This document shows positions 19,552 through 28,323 of a stretch of 64,000 nt of DNA, in pieces. The notes below the pieces were generated by a model. It was given only the letters and a program-made list of their open reading frames with translations, did no database searches and was not told the origin of the DNA. Origin of the DNA: a virus (lineage: Duplodnaviria > Caudoviricetes); IMG/VR virus record IMGVR_UViG_3300026176_000228, positions 1 through 64,000 of that record. One strand, given 5' to 3'. Position 1 is the stretch's first letter; every line of letters begins with the position of its first letter. A program made the position numbers and the translations under genes.

Positions 19552-20460
19552 TTATACCTTTCGTGCTACTTTCTTAGCGACCAACAAACTCTCTCTGCCC
19601 CAACCTAATTTCCGATACAACACTCCATATAACCGCCACGCGAGATTCCCCGTGCGCTTTTCAAACTCCAACCGCTTGCGGTGCAACTTCCGACCCAATT
19701 CATCATTCCCAATATACTTATAACCCATCAGGTAAAACAATTCCATCGGAAATGTCGCACCCGCATAAGTTACCTGGAAACCCGCAACTTCAAGCAGATC
19801 GCGAATACTTTTTCTAGTAAAGTAATTCAAATGCGGCTTCTGAATATACCAGTGCCCCTCACGCTTGGCGACTTTCTGCTGTAGAGGATTGAACTCATTG
19901 GGCACGATAACCATGATCTGACCTTGCGGTCCTACCAAGCCATTGCGTAACTGCATGACGAATACCAAGGGGTCCAAGATATGTTCTAGCACCAGAGCTA
20001 AGCGCACACTATCAGTCGTGCGCCGCACTAGCCAGGGTTGCAATTCATCCAAACTAGCCAAGGTACGACTAGGCAGCAAGCTGACCTTACGCGCACTGGC
20101 ACTCGGCTCGACACCCCAGGCTTCCCCGTAATGTTGATTGTAATAATGCAGCCAGTCACTCTGCCCGCTACCAATATCGTAAACTACCGGCGCGCAGACA
20201 GTTGCGCCGCGTCTCAACAGTTGACTCTGCCACTGAAAAGCACTCTGCCACAGACCGGCTTTGTACTCCCTCTCAGTTTTCTCGAACCAATCAGGACTGC
20301 CTGCACGGTAGAACTCATCATGCTCATAATAGGCGTCTACATCACTCTGGGACGGCAGGGGCATTTGATGGATGTAACCACAATCGCGGCATTGAATCGC
20401 GCGGATGCCGTTATGCTCCCACTCGCGTAAGGTTGTATGTTTTACTTGACGATCTGCCAC
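19552..20460 (-). CDS. Class I SAM-dependent methyltransferase (sugar-modifying type)
   Basis: CRDCG ribbon, VYDIGSG, GVEPS, VLEHILDP, IVPN, HLNYFT. Confidence 0.85.
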   Translation of the reverse strand: MADRQVKHTTLREWEHNGIRAIQCRDCGYIHQMPLPSQSDVDAYYEHDEFYRAGSPDWFEKTEREYKAGLWQSAFQWQSQLLRRGATVCAPVVYDIGSGQSDWLHYYNQHYGEAWGVEPSASARKVSLLPSRTLASLDELQPWLVRRTTDSVRLALVLEHILDPLVFVMQLRNGLVGPQGQIMVIVPNEFNPLQQKVAKREGHWYIQKPHLNYFTRKSIRDLLEVAGFQVTYAGATFPMELFYLMGYKYIGNDELGRKLHRKRLEFEKRTGNLAWRLYGVLYRKLGWGRESLLVAKKVARKV

Positions 20461-21263
20461 GTTTCCTCCAGTGCGGCCTGGACATTCAAAGCCAGCTTAA
20501 CCGTGCCCTTAGTATCCGTGCCCGCCATATACTCACTCCACATGCGCGCGAACATCTGATTATCGGGCTGCACATTCATGTGGCACAGGCGTTCATCCTT
20601 ACGCGCGAGACTGATATCGTTGACGCGTTCAGTGGGCGCAATCGTCACGCCATCTATCAACTTGAACCTGCCGTGTCCGTCGTAGAACTCGCCATTGACC
20701 AGCCAGTACTCGCGCAACGCGATAGACTGGTAATAATCATTCACGTTATGCAGAGCATCCGTGACTGCCAATTCATCTTCACCGGTAATATACGCGGTCA
20801 TTACTAACGCGTGACTGATATGGTCAATCAAGAGCGACCAGTTGGGCAATTCCGCACGGTACTGCACACTGCGAATCTTGAGTTCATCATATTCCATCAA
20901 ACGACTGACTTCGCGCAGGGCTTCGATTTGCGGATGCCAGAGCCAGTTATAGGCCACCATAAACTGCTTCGGCAATTTGGCATATGCCAAAAGATTAAGT
21001 TGCTCTAAATCACATAAGGGTTTCTCACATAGTACTGGCACACCTAATTCCGCGCACGCGGTCAACTGCATAATATGCATATTAGGTGGCGAAGCAATTA
21101 CCACACGATCCCAGTCGCTTTCCTGTAGAGCTACACGCCAATCCAGATAATTCGCGCCAGTGGCAGGATTAGGGTCCACTGTTGCTACGGTCAAACCTGC
21201 ATGCTCAGCATATTGTGCGTGGCGTCTACCGGCGCGACCATAGCCTAGAATCAAACAATTCAT
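20442..21263 (-). CDS. Gfo/Idh/MocA oxidoreductase
   Basis: GYGRAG, IASPPNMH, LCEKP, VAYN, DHISH. Confidence 0.88.
   Translation of the reverse strand: MNCLILGYGRAGRRHAQYAEHAGLTVATVDPNPATGANYLDWRVALQESDWDRVVIASPPNMHIMQLTACAELGVPVLCEKPLCDLEQLNLLAYAKLPKQFMVAYNWLWHPQIEALREVSRLMEYDELKIRSVQYRAELPNWSLLIDHISHALVMTAYITGEDELAVTDALHNVNDYYQSIALREYWLVNGEFYDGHGRFKLIDGVTIAPTERVNDISLARKDERLCHMNVQPDNQMFARMWSEYMAGTDTKGTVKLALNVQAALEETWQIVK
20977..20990. promoter_or_regulatory. Dispersed palindrome copy 6 (TTGGCATATGCCAA), intragenic
   Basis: Exact match to the motif. Confidence 0.7.
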
Positions 21264-21661
21264 TCAACAAAACCTCTTTCTGGATCAAACGGTTCTGCTT
21301 GGTAATCTCGCAAGGGAAGTATGATATTTGAATCGGGGTCTTGTTTTAGATTCTCTAGTAATTCCCCTACTTGTTCGATGGCCGTTTCGATTTCAGATAA
21401 AGATATAGTCAAACTGGAATCTCTACGTAAAAACCATGTCAAGCCTAAATTATCTCGGATAGCACAATATCCATCGCTGTTCCATGGAATAGCGATATCG
21501 TATGTTGGACAAAAGTAACCATTGTGTGGATCGAATGTTTCAAGTAACTTCCAATTAGTATCATCTTTAAGATTGTCTTTTGAATAACAATAATGTGTAA
21601 AGCCGTAAGTCAAGGCTTCGTCTCTGGCCCATGTATAATCATGACGACGATTATTAGCCAT
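21260..21661 (-). CDS. Hypothetical AT-rich protein inserted in the sugar cluster
   Basis: ATG 21661 after aaggg; lower GC than neighbours. Confidence 0.6.
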   Translation of the reverse strand: MANNRRHDYTWARDEALTYGFTHYCYSKDNLKDDTNWKLLETFDPHNGYFCPTYDIAIPWNSDGYCAIRDNLGLTWFLRRDSSLTISLSEIETAIEQVGELLENLKQDPDSNIILPLRDYQAEPFDPERGFVE

Positions 21662-21662
21662 T

Positions 21663-22523
21663 TTAGCCCTTCCTGGTTTCCAGTAGTGGCCGCAGACCAT
21701 CATAAGGGTCACTGCGCCACAGGCGTTCATGATACTCACTCGCGTTGATGGACTTGCCATAGAGGCCTACCGCGCTGGTAGCAATATCCAAATCATGCTT
21801 GAGTTTCACTACTTCCACAGGTGTCCAGCAATGCCCCATCTGCGTCTCAACGCCATCCGTATCTGCCAAGTCAAAATGTAATTCTATGACGTTGGCTTGC
21901 TGGCCTAAGACCGCCTGCATGACGACCGGCAGCGAGTGGCTATGGTCCGACCAGCCTATCGCGCGCACACTGTAATTGGTCTTGAAGGTTTCGCGTAGGC
22001 TCGCGATAGTTGCCAGATTACATTCGCCAGGCGGGACAGGATAAGCTGAAACACAGTGCAATAGCGTGATATCGGTACAGTTACCGCCATACAAAGCATT
22101 GACCGCGTTGATAATCTCAGGCACAGTTGCCATGCCTGTTGAGAGCGTTACTGGCTTACCAGTCTGCGCGACTTGGCGTAAAAAGTCGTGTTGCAGGACT
22201 TGATAACTGCTGACTTTGTAGAAATCTACGTAGTCATAAAGTTCTTCTACCGCGTGCGGGTAAAAAGGCGTGCAAGCAAATTCTAGGCCATAATCATGCG
22301 CGGTACGAGACAGAGCAGATAACCAAGAAACAGGTAATTCCCATTCTTTGCGCGCGCGGAGTTCAGGTTTCTTATGCAAGGCCCACGGCGCAAAGAGTTG
22401 GTCAAGCTTGAATAACTGAAACTTGACGGCCTGACAACCGACTTCCGCAGCGGTTTCGATAAGCTTCAACGCGCGCGTGAGATCGCGATTGTGGTTAGAT
22501 GAGATTTCCGCGATGAGTTTCAT
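21663..22523 (-). CDS. neuB: Nonulosonic acid synthase (NeuB/PseI/LegI/SpsE family, no SAF domain)
   Basis: IAEISSNHN, KFQ, YKVSS, LSTGM, LHCVSAYP, GWSDH, IELHF. Confidence 0.93.
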   Translation of the reverse strand: MKLIAEISSNHNRDLTRALKLIETAAEVGCQAVKFQLFKLDQLFAPWALHKKPELRARKEWELPVSWLSALSRTAHDYGLEFACTPFYPHAVEELYDYVDFYKVSSYQVLQHDFLRQVAQTGKPVTLSTGMATVPEIINAVNALYGGNCTDITLLHCVSAYPVPPGECNLATIASLRETFKTNYSVRAIGWSDHSHSLPVVMQAVLGQQANVIELHFDLADTDGVETQMGHCWTPVEVVKLKHDLDIATSAVGLYGKSINASEYHERLWRSDPYDGLRPLLETRKG

Positions 22524-22526
22524 GAA

Positions 22527-23741
22527 TTAGCGATTCCTAAACAGCACAGTCGGTAGCTTATCGCGCATCAGCGTCTCTAACTTCGCACTCCCCATCGCGT
22601 CCACTTCTGCGCGAATCACCTTCGCGGCCTCATACGTCTTTTTCTCATCATCCAAGGTATGACACAGATTCGGGAAGTTAGGCCGATTCATCAGAATCCC
22701 CTGCTCGGCCATGCGCCGGATAAAGTAAGCCTTCTCGGAATCGCTCGCGAACTGCATCAACGACCGCGGCGCATGTCCGATTACCTGCCAGCCTGCCGCG
22801 CGCATGTCGGTCATCAAGGCGCTACCCATCTCATAAATCTGCGCGACCGATTGTTTATTCCAGTTCTCCAGAACATACTTGGCCGCGGCAAGACTCATAG
22901 CGTCACCAAAGTTGGTTGAAGATACAAATACCGGGTCATTGCGACTAAACCAACTCATATACTCCGTAGGGCCAACCAGCGCGGCAATCGGAAAGCCATT
23001 ACCCAAAGCTTTGCCTAAACATATTAGATCGGGTTGGACACCATAGACTTGACTCGCGCCGCCCATCGCGTAACGAAAACCGGTCACGACTTCATCCATA
23101 ATCAGTAGACTCTTGTGTTGATTGCAAAAGGCACGCAACTTTGTGTAATAATCTTTTTCTGGCTCTACGATACCTTGTTCCAGAATGACGCCAGCGTAGT
23201 CGTAATTTTCAGGTAAGGCGTTGAAATCAAAACTTTGAATCCACTCATGCGCATCGTAGATAATGCCATGGGCGGGAGTAGTGGTGGCAACAAACGAATC
23301 ATGCCAACCGTGGTAGCCTGATGAGGCCACTGCTTGGTGTGAGATTTTCATCGCGCGCGCGAGGCGAATAGCGGCATCACAAGCATCACTGCCAGTCTTG
23401 AGCCAGCGCACCTGCAAGGGTGTATTAGCCCAACCCGGTACGTGCTGTTGCATTTGATGCACCAAGAGTTCTGCGACTTCTTCTTCAAGATAGGATGGCA
23501 GCGAGAAGCTTAGCCCCCGCCGCGCGTGATACATCAGGTAATTTGACCACTTAGCCTTCGCGACCCCATCCCCATGACCCAGTAAACACGCGCCTAGACT
23601 GCTCACCCAATCGAGATACCATTTGCCATCATTGCCTTTGAGATACGCACCTTGGCCTTCGCGAATATATTGAACCGGAAAATCTACGCCCCAAAAATCA
23701 GGTGATTTCGAGAATGTAGAGGCAATCGGTGTGTATTTCAT
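22527..23741 (-). CDS. Class III PLP aminotransferase (GSA-mutase-like)
   Basis: GQGAYL...YLDW, KTGSDA, GYHGWHD, DEVVTGFR, PDLICLGKALGNG; start MKYTP after aaaggt. Confidence 0.9.
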   Translation of the reverse strand: MKYTPIASTFSKSPDFWGVDFPVQYIREGQGAYLKGNDGKWYLDWVSSLGACLLGHGDGVAKAKWSNYLMYHARRGLSFSLPSYLEEEVAELLVHQMQQHVPGWANTPLQVRWLKTGSDACDAAIRLARAMKISHQAVASSGYHGWHDSFVATTTPAHGIIYDAHEWIQSFDFNALPENYDYAGVILEQGIVEPEKDYYTKLRAFCNQHKSLLIMDEVVTGFRYAMGGASQVYGVQPDLICLGKALGNGFPIAALVGPTEYMSWFSRNDPVFVSSTNFGDAMSLAAAKYVLENWNKQSVAQIYEMGSALMTDMRAAGWQVIGHAPRSLMQFASDSEKAYFIRRMAEQGILMNRPNFPNLCHTLDDEKKTYEAAKVIRAEVDAMGSAKLETLMRDKLPTVLFRNR

Positions 23742-23751
23742 AGCAACCTTT

Positions 23752-24531
23752 CTAGTACTGACAATGGTCTTCCATAAAATCAACTACATGTTCTACGCCG
23801 TACAAAGGCGGCTTCATTGTAGGACAACCAATATACTGATGCTCTAATTCAGTCCAAGCTTTACTGATATTACCGCGCGTGACATATGGTAGGCCGTAAA
23901 TACTGGCCTCATCTGCGTGTTCATTAGATTGCACTACTGACACCACGCGACAGCCCAAAGCCAGAGCTTCAAAAGTAGTCTGCCCCCAACCGCAAATCAC
24001 GTTTTGGTGGTCATTGAGTAAATCCAGCATTTCCGTATGCGTTGGCGCGACTATCAAATTAGCGTCAGGAGTTTCAATTGTGCGGCCAAAATTAGGTCCA
24101 ACCACAACTGTCGCGGTGGTTGCGCGTGCGCTTTCGATTAATTTTTCAGTCAATTTCCAACCATCATAGCCGCCCATCGAAATCAACAGTTTCCTGCTCT
24201 TAAGTCTAGGCCATGCAGTTAGTTTTCTAATGCTCGCGTCAAGCAATAAATACTTACTACCCGTCAAAGTCCGCGGACGGGGTGAATGCAAAGGATGCCA
24301 AGACCAATCCTCAGGCTCCTGTGGCAACATGCCCATCAGTAATCTTTGCGCGCCCATGGGTGCAGCATGCTCGCGCGCGGTAAAATCACTGGGATAATCC
24401 ACTACCAACCAATGGGGATCGCGATCAGTAATTTCATGTCCGCGCGCACGTAATTCCTGCGCCAGAATCTCACACCTGATTTTATGTCCTAGAACTGTAT
24501 CATCATTCAGGTAATCCAGTCTCACTCGCAT
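23752..24531 (-). CDS. PseG/SpsG-like UDP-sugar hydrolase (GT-B fold)
   Basis: LGHKIRC..LA, LVVDY, GSKYLLL, LISMGGYD, GQTTFEA. Confidence 0.75.
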   Translation of the reverse strand: MRVRLDYLNDDTVLGHKIRCEILAQELRARGHEITDRDPHWLVVDYPSDFTAREHAAPMGAQRLLMGMLPQEPEDWSWHPLHSPRPRTLTGSKYLLLDASIRKLTAWPRLKSRKLLISMGGYDGWKLTEKLIESARATTATVVVGPNFGRTIETPDANLIVAPTHTEMLDLLNDHQNVICGWGQTTFEALALGCRVVSVVQSNEHADEASIYGLPYVTRGNISKAWTELEHQYIGCPTMKPPLYGVEHVVDFMEDHCQY

Positions 24532-24538
24532 CGTTAAC

Positions 24539-25468
24539 TCAATTCTCTAGCTGGGCTAGTAACTCCTTGGCTGTAATTCTCCGCGCCGTCTGTGATTTGA
24601 ACTCATCTGCCACTTCAAACTTACCTGCTTTATTATGCACAATTCGATATAATTTTGGCAACACTGTTTCGACGCACTCACCGGGTGCGACTAAGACTTC
24701 ATGCACTTTTTCACCCGCGCCTAAGGGCAACAGCAGCCATTTGGTATAATCTGGCTCAAACTGTTCGGCCAAGTCATGCAGACTGAACGCGGGGATATCA
24801 CCAGGGACAAACGTCTCACCGCCCTGCATTTCACGTAAAGCTTGCTGCACCAAATCTACTGCTTGAGACTTGAGCATAAAGAAGCGCGTGGTATCAGGTG
24901 TACGCACCATGATGGGTAAACCGCGGGCTACCTGCTGTCGCCAGATAGGGATGACTGAGCCATTGGAACCCATGACATTGCCATAGCGTACTGCGGAGAA
25001 CAAAGTCGTAGCTGTACTATGACTATTCCAAAGATATTCCGCGATGGCCTTAGTGTGACCATACAGGTTGGCGGGGGCCGCACATTTGTCCGAGGAAATA
25101 AACAGATTCTTCCGCACTCCGGCTAACTGACATTGCCGTGCGACGTTTAGTGCGCCATCCACGTTAACGCTCTTGAACTCCAGGCTCTGCACTTGCCCAA
25201 CATCGACTTGTTTCAAGGCCGCGGCATGCACGACGATATCACGCCCTCTAACCGCGCGCGCGATCACTTCGGGATCGCGGATATCCCCCAAGAACAATTC
25301 CACTTGCGGAAATTGCTGGCGAAACAAGGTCTGCTTATGGGGATCGCGCGATAAAATCGCAACAGAAAAACCTTCCGCGAGGAAGGCTTTGGTCAACGCA
25401 TACCCAAGTGTCCCGGTGCCTCCGGTAATCAGGCTGCGCGGATGCAGGTTCCCGTCTGCGTGTGTCAT
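24539..25468 (-). CDS. UDP-GlcNAc 4,6-dehydratase (PseB/CapD family)
   Basis: ITGGTGTLG, GDIRD, HAAALKQV, SSDK, YGHTK, RYGNVMGSNGSVIP, TRFF, GEKVHE. Confidence 0.92.
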   Translation of the reverse strand: MTHADGNLHPRSLITGGTGTLGYALTKAFLAEGFSVAILSRDPHKQTLFRQQFPQVELFLGDIRDPEVIARAVRGRDIVVHAAALKQVDVGQVQSLEFKSVNVDGALNVARQCQLAGVRKNLFISSDKCAAPANLYGHTKAIAEYLWNSHSTATTLFSAVRYGNVMGSNGSVIPIWRQQVARGLPIMVRTPDTTRFFMLKSQAVDLVQQALREMQGGETFVPGDIPAFSLHDLAEQFEPDYTKWLLLPLGAGEKVHEVLVAPGECVETVLPKLYRIVHNKAGKFEVADEFKSQTARRITAKELLAQLEN

Positions 25469-25496
25469 ATAACTAGCTCCGTGTAAGTATTATAAA

Positions 25497-26303
25497 TTAG
25501 GAAGTACGAATATCTACAAACTCTGCGACCGCGGGGACTTCGCGCAAAGCATCGGCAAACACCACATGTGTATTCGAGGCCATCTTCATTCTGCGCCAAA
25601 AGGCATAGTTGAAATCCGCGGCATGCTGCGTATCAACATCTTCGGAAAACCAGACTACCGTATCCACTAAGCCCGCGAGTTCGTCTGCAACCGTCGAAGA
25701 GCTACAGGTTGCCAGGACAATCACTTTCACGCCATCTAACACGTTATGCCAGAACTCCGGGGGTGCAATGCCATCACTGAGCAAGATACCCTCTGATCCG
25801 GCATGGGCGGAAATCAGAATCCAGGGGTATAACGTATTGTCCTGTCTGCGCCGCCGTAACTCCGCGGTAATACTGGCTTGGGTCGCGCGTACTAAACGAT
25901 GGAACAGGACTTCCGCGCGCCGAATCGCAGCCCGGTCGCGCTGAAAAATATCCATATCATCGCCACTGATGATCAGCAGTGGCTTAGGTGGCAAAACTGG
26001 CAAGGGTGCAATCTTGAGTTGGGTTTCCAATTCTGCCACGCGCTGAGCCAAGCGAATATTCTCGGCTTCCAATTGCTCAATGCGCCGGTCTGACGCGTCC
26101 AATTGCCGTCGCAATGTATTGACGGTAGCAGTGAGGTCTTTAATGGTGGTCGCCATATTGATATCTTCTTGCGATGCAGGCAGTAAAGCAGCAAGGCGGG
26201 GTGGGTGACGCACGACATACCATAAGCCTACCGCGAAAAACGCCAGCAAGCCTAAAAATATAGCTACATCATGGGAATTAACAGTCACGGAAACGGGCCT
26301 CAT
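25497..26303 (-). CDS. Membrane-anchored coiled-coil protein with CHAT/caspase-like domain
   Basis: TM helix, heptads, then ISAHAG...VIVLATCSS His/Cys pattern. Confidence 0.65.
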   Translation of the reverse strand: MRPVSVTVNSHDVAIFLGLLAFFAVGLWYVVRHPPRLAALLPASQEDINMATTIKDLTATVNTLRRQLDASDRRIEQLEAENIRLAQRVAELETQLKIAPLPVLPPKPLLIISGDDMDIFQRDRAAIRRAEVLFHRLVRATQASITAELRRRRQDNTLYPWILISAHAGSEGILLSDGIAPPEFWHNVLDGVKVIVLATCSSSTVADELAGLVDTVVWFSEDVDTQHAADFNYAFWRRMKMASNTHVVFADALREVPAVAEFVDIRTS

Positions 26304-26661
26304 TAGCGATTTCTAAGGCAAATACTATGCTCAACGCCATGCTTATATTAGCTTCCCAAACATCAAAAGCCAACAATAGCCAGAAGCAGGCAACCAGGAC
26401 TGCAATGATTCGACCTGTATAAGAAGCCCGCTTAGTGCAGCCGCGCGTAGCAAGCAAAGCCAGAGACATCAAGAGCATCAAAGCTCCGTATAGCTCAGAA
26501 GGCAAGATATTGACTGGCTGCGCAGTAACGTGCGGTAACAGTCGTAAGCCTTGCACCGCGCAGCAGAGGGCGATAAAATCGCGCACGCCATCGCTGCGCG
26601 AAGGTTGCAATTCGTGCCAAAAACGCCGTAGTAAGGTCACGGTTCTAACTCGCGGCGACAT
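26278..26661 (-). CDS. Membrane protein (3-4 TM, holin-like)
   Basis: Several hydrophobic helices. Confidence 0.6.
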   Translation of the reverse strand: MSPRVRTVTLLRRFWHELQPSRSDGVRDFIALCCAVQGLRLLPHVTAQPVNILPSELYGALMLLMSLALLATRGCTKRASYTGRIIAVLVACFWLLLAFDVWEANISMALSIVFALEIANEARFRDC

Positions 26662-26824
26662 CAGTTGGTGGTAGAATTTCCACGGGCGTGGTATTGATTT
26701 GGATATTCAGAATCATATCTTCCAGAGCCTGGACCACGGACAACATCTTACCTACCGTTGTACCGGGCTGAATGTAAATTACACCATTAGTATACACTGT
26801 AACTAATATATTTGCATCTGTCAT
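26645..26824 (-). CDS. Small hypothetical protein (59 aa)
   Basis: aaggag RBS; MTDANILVTVYTNG... fills the intergenic gap. Confidence 0.55.
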   Translation of the reverse strand: MTDANILVTVYTNGVIYIQPGTTVGKMLSVVQALEDMILNIQINTTPVEILPPTDVAAS

Positions 26825-26834
26825 TTTGTACTCC

Positions 26835-28292
26835 TTAGCTACTGGTTGGTATATTGTAAAAAGGTAAATAATAATAGGTGTCAGCCAAGGGACTGGTCGC
26901 AGAGTTATCTTGGACGTAAATCTTCAACCAACCCATCAGGCTACCTGTGACCGGTAAACTAGCTGAAACCAATAAGGATTGCGCGTTCTCGCCCGATGCG
27001 GATGTGCCGATAAAACGCACGAACTCGCGGTCTACCGCGGCCTGCTCCAGAGTTAACGCGGGTCGGGAACCACTGATGGATTGCTTGACGTGCAACTTGC
27101 CGGTCGGCGCAGCTAACCCTACACCTACCAAGTCGGAGGCCGCTGCGCCGTAGAACATGAAATCATCACCGCTGCCGCGGATTTGGAAGCCGTAACTGCC
27201 GGATTGGGCGTTGAAATCCAACGCCCCGCTGTACTGTGAGATATTGCCTGCCAGAAACAGGCTCCCGACGCCTTCGGTGGCATCCAGCATAATATTATCC
27301 GAGTGTATGTCAATTTGCGGTATGCTACCCAGCCCCTCCAGGCAGATGATGCGTCCGCGCTGTGATGCGCCTTCCATCCAGGTAATGGCCCGCGTGATGG
27401 ACTCGCTGCCGTAATTCAAAAGTAGACCCGAACTAGAGAGTGACAAGTCACCATCCGCGACTAAAAGCACACCTTCGGTACCTAAACCGAGATTACCTAC
27501 GGCATCCCAGGTTAGCTTGCTTGCGCCTGCCAGCCAGCCGGAGCCATCGCTGTCGAGGTGTACGGTTTCCACGGAGCCGCTGTAAAGCTGTATGTCGCCC
27601 GCGATATTGAAACGTCCTAAAACTTGGTCATACAGGTTGATGTGGAAGCCACTGGCTGAATCCAAGCCAATCCAAGTGCTGCCGCTGCCGTAGACACCAA
27701 AGGCCGCGCCAAGAATCGAGCCACTGGCAGCATAGCCGTAATCGCCATCCAGCAAGCCCAATTTACCGTAGGTCGCGACTGCGTTGCGAAAGGTGATATC
27801 CGTGCCGGAAAACTCGCCATGAAAATCAGTCGGATCGCCCGCGATAAATAAGCCCGACGCGGCGTTGATTTGACCCTTGATTTCCGAGCCATAACGTAAA
27901 TCAATCGTGCCTGCGTCGTAATCCATATGAAAATGTGCGGCGTAAGGATTGCCCCAGAGCAGGTCGCCCGCGGGATAAGTCGTATTGCCTACCGTAGTAT
28001 CACCAGTGAACTCAATCATACCCGCGGTAGGTCGCGCGCCCGTCTCCCAACCAAGTACAGTGTAGAAGGCCAGCGCAGGTGTACCGCGTTGTTCAACCAA
28101 AATCGAATCACCGGGATAGTACACACTATCAGGCGGCACCATAACCTTGACGCCGCCCACGCCTCCAACTTCACAAATCAAGTAGCCTACACCACGGCCT
28201 ACATCATCTACGGGCCGCTGTGTAACCCGCGCGGAGAGCTTATTCATGCGCGCCTGAAAGCGTTGCTTGAGCAAAGCGTTAATCTTCGACAT
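26835..28292 (-). CDS. Minor tail / tail fibre protein
   Basis: Gly-rich beta repeats, VGVGLAAPTGKLHV motif; follows the tail tip gene. Confidence 0.7.
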   Translation of the reverse strand: MSKINALLKQRFQARMNKLSARVTQRPVDDVGRGVGYLICEVGGVGGVKVMVPPDSVYYPGDSILVEQRGTPALAFYTVLGWETGARPTAGMIEFTGDTTVGNTTYPAGDLLWGNPYAAHFHMDYDAGTIDLRYGSEIKGQINAASGLFIAGDPTDFHGEFSGTDITFRNAVATYGKLGLLDGDYGYAASGSILGAAFGVYGSGSTWIGLDSASGFHINLYDQVLGRFNIAGDIQLYSGSVETVHLDSDGSGWLAGASKLTWDAVGNLGLGTEGVLLVADGDLSLSSSGLLLNYGSESITRAITWMEGASQRGRIICLEGLGSIPQIDIHSDNIMLDATEGVGSLFLAGNISQYSGALDFNAQSGSYGFQIRGSGDDFMFYGAAASDLVGVGLAAPTGKLHVKQSISGSRPALTLEQAAVDREFVRFIGTSASGENAQSLLVSASLPVTGSLMGWLKIYVQDNSATSPLADTYYYLPFYNIPTSS

Positions 28293-28309
28293 TAATTACC
28301 TTCTCTTTT

Positions 28310-28323
28310 TTGGCATATGCTAA
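28310..28323. promoter_or_regulatory. Dispersed palindrome copy 7 (TTGGCATATGCTAA)
   Basis: At a gene junction. Confidence 0.75.

Noticed and set aside
22527-23741. hemL (heme biosynthesis) assignment
   Set aside because: The context is a nucleotide-sugar cluster with no other tetrapyrrole genes
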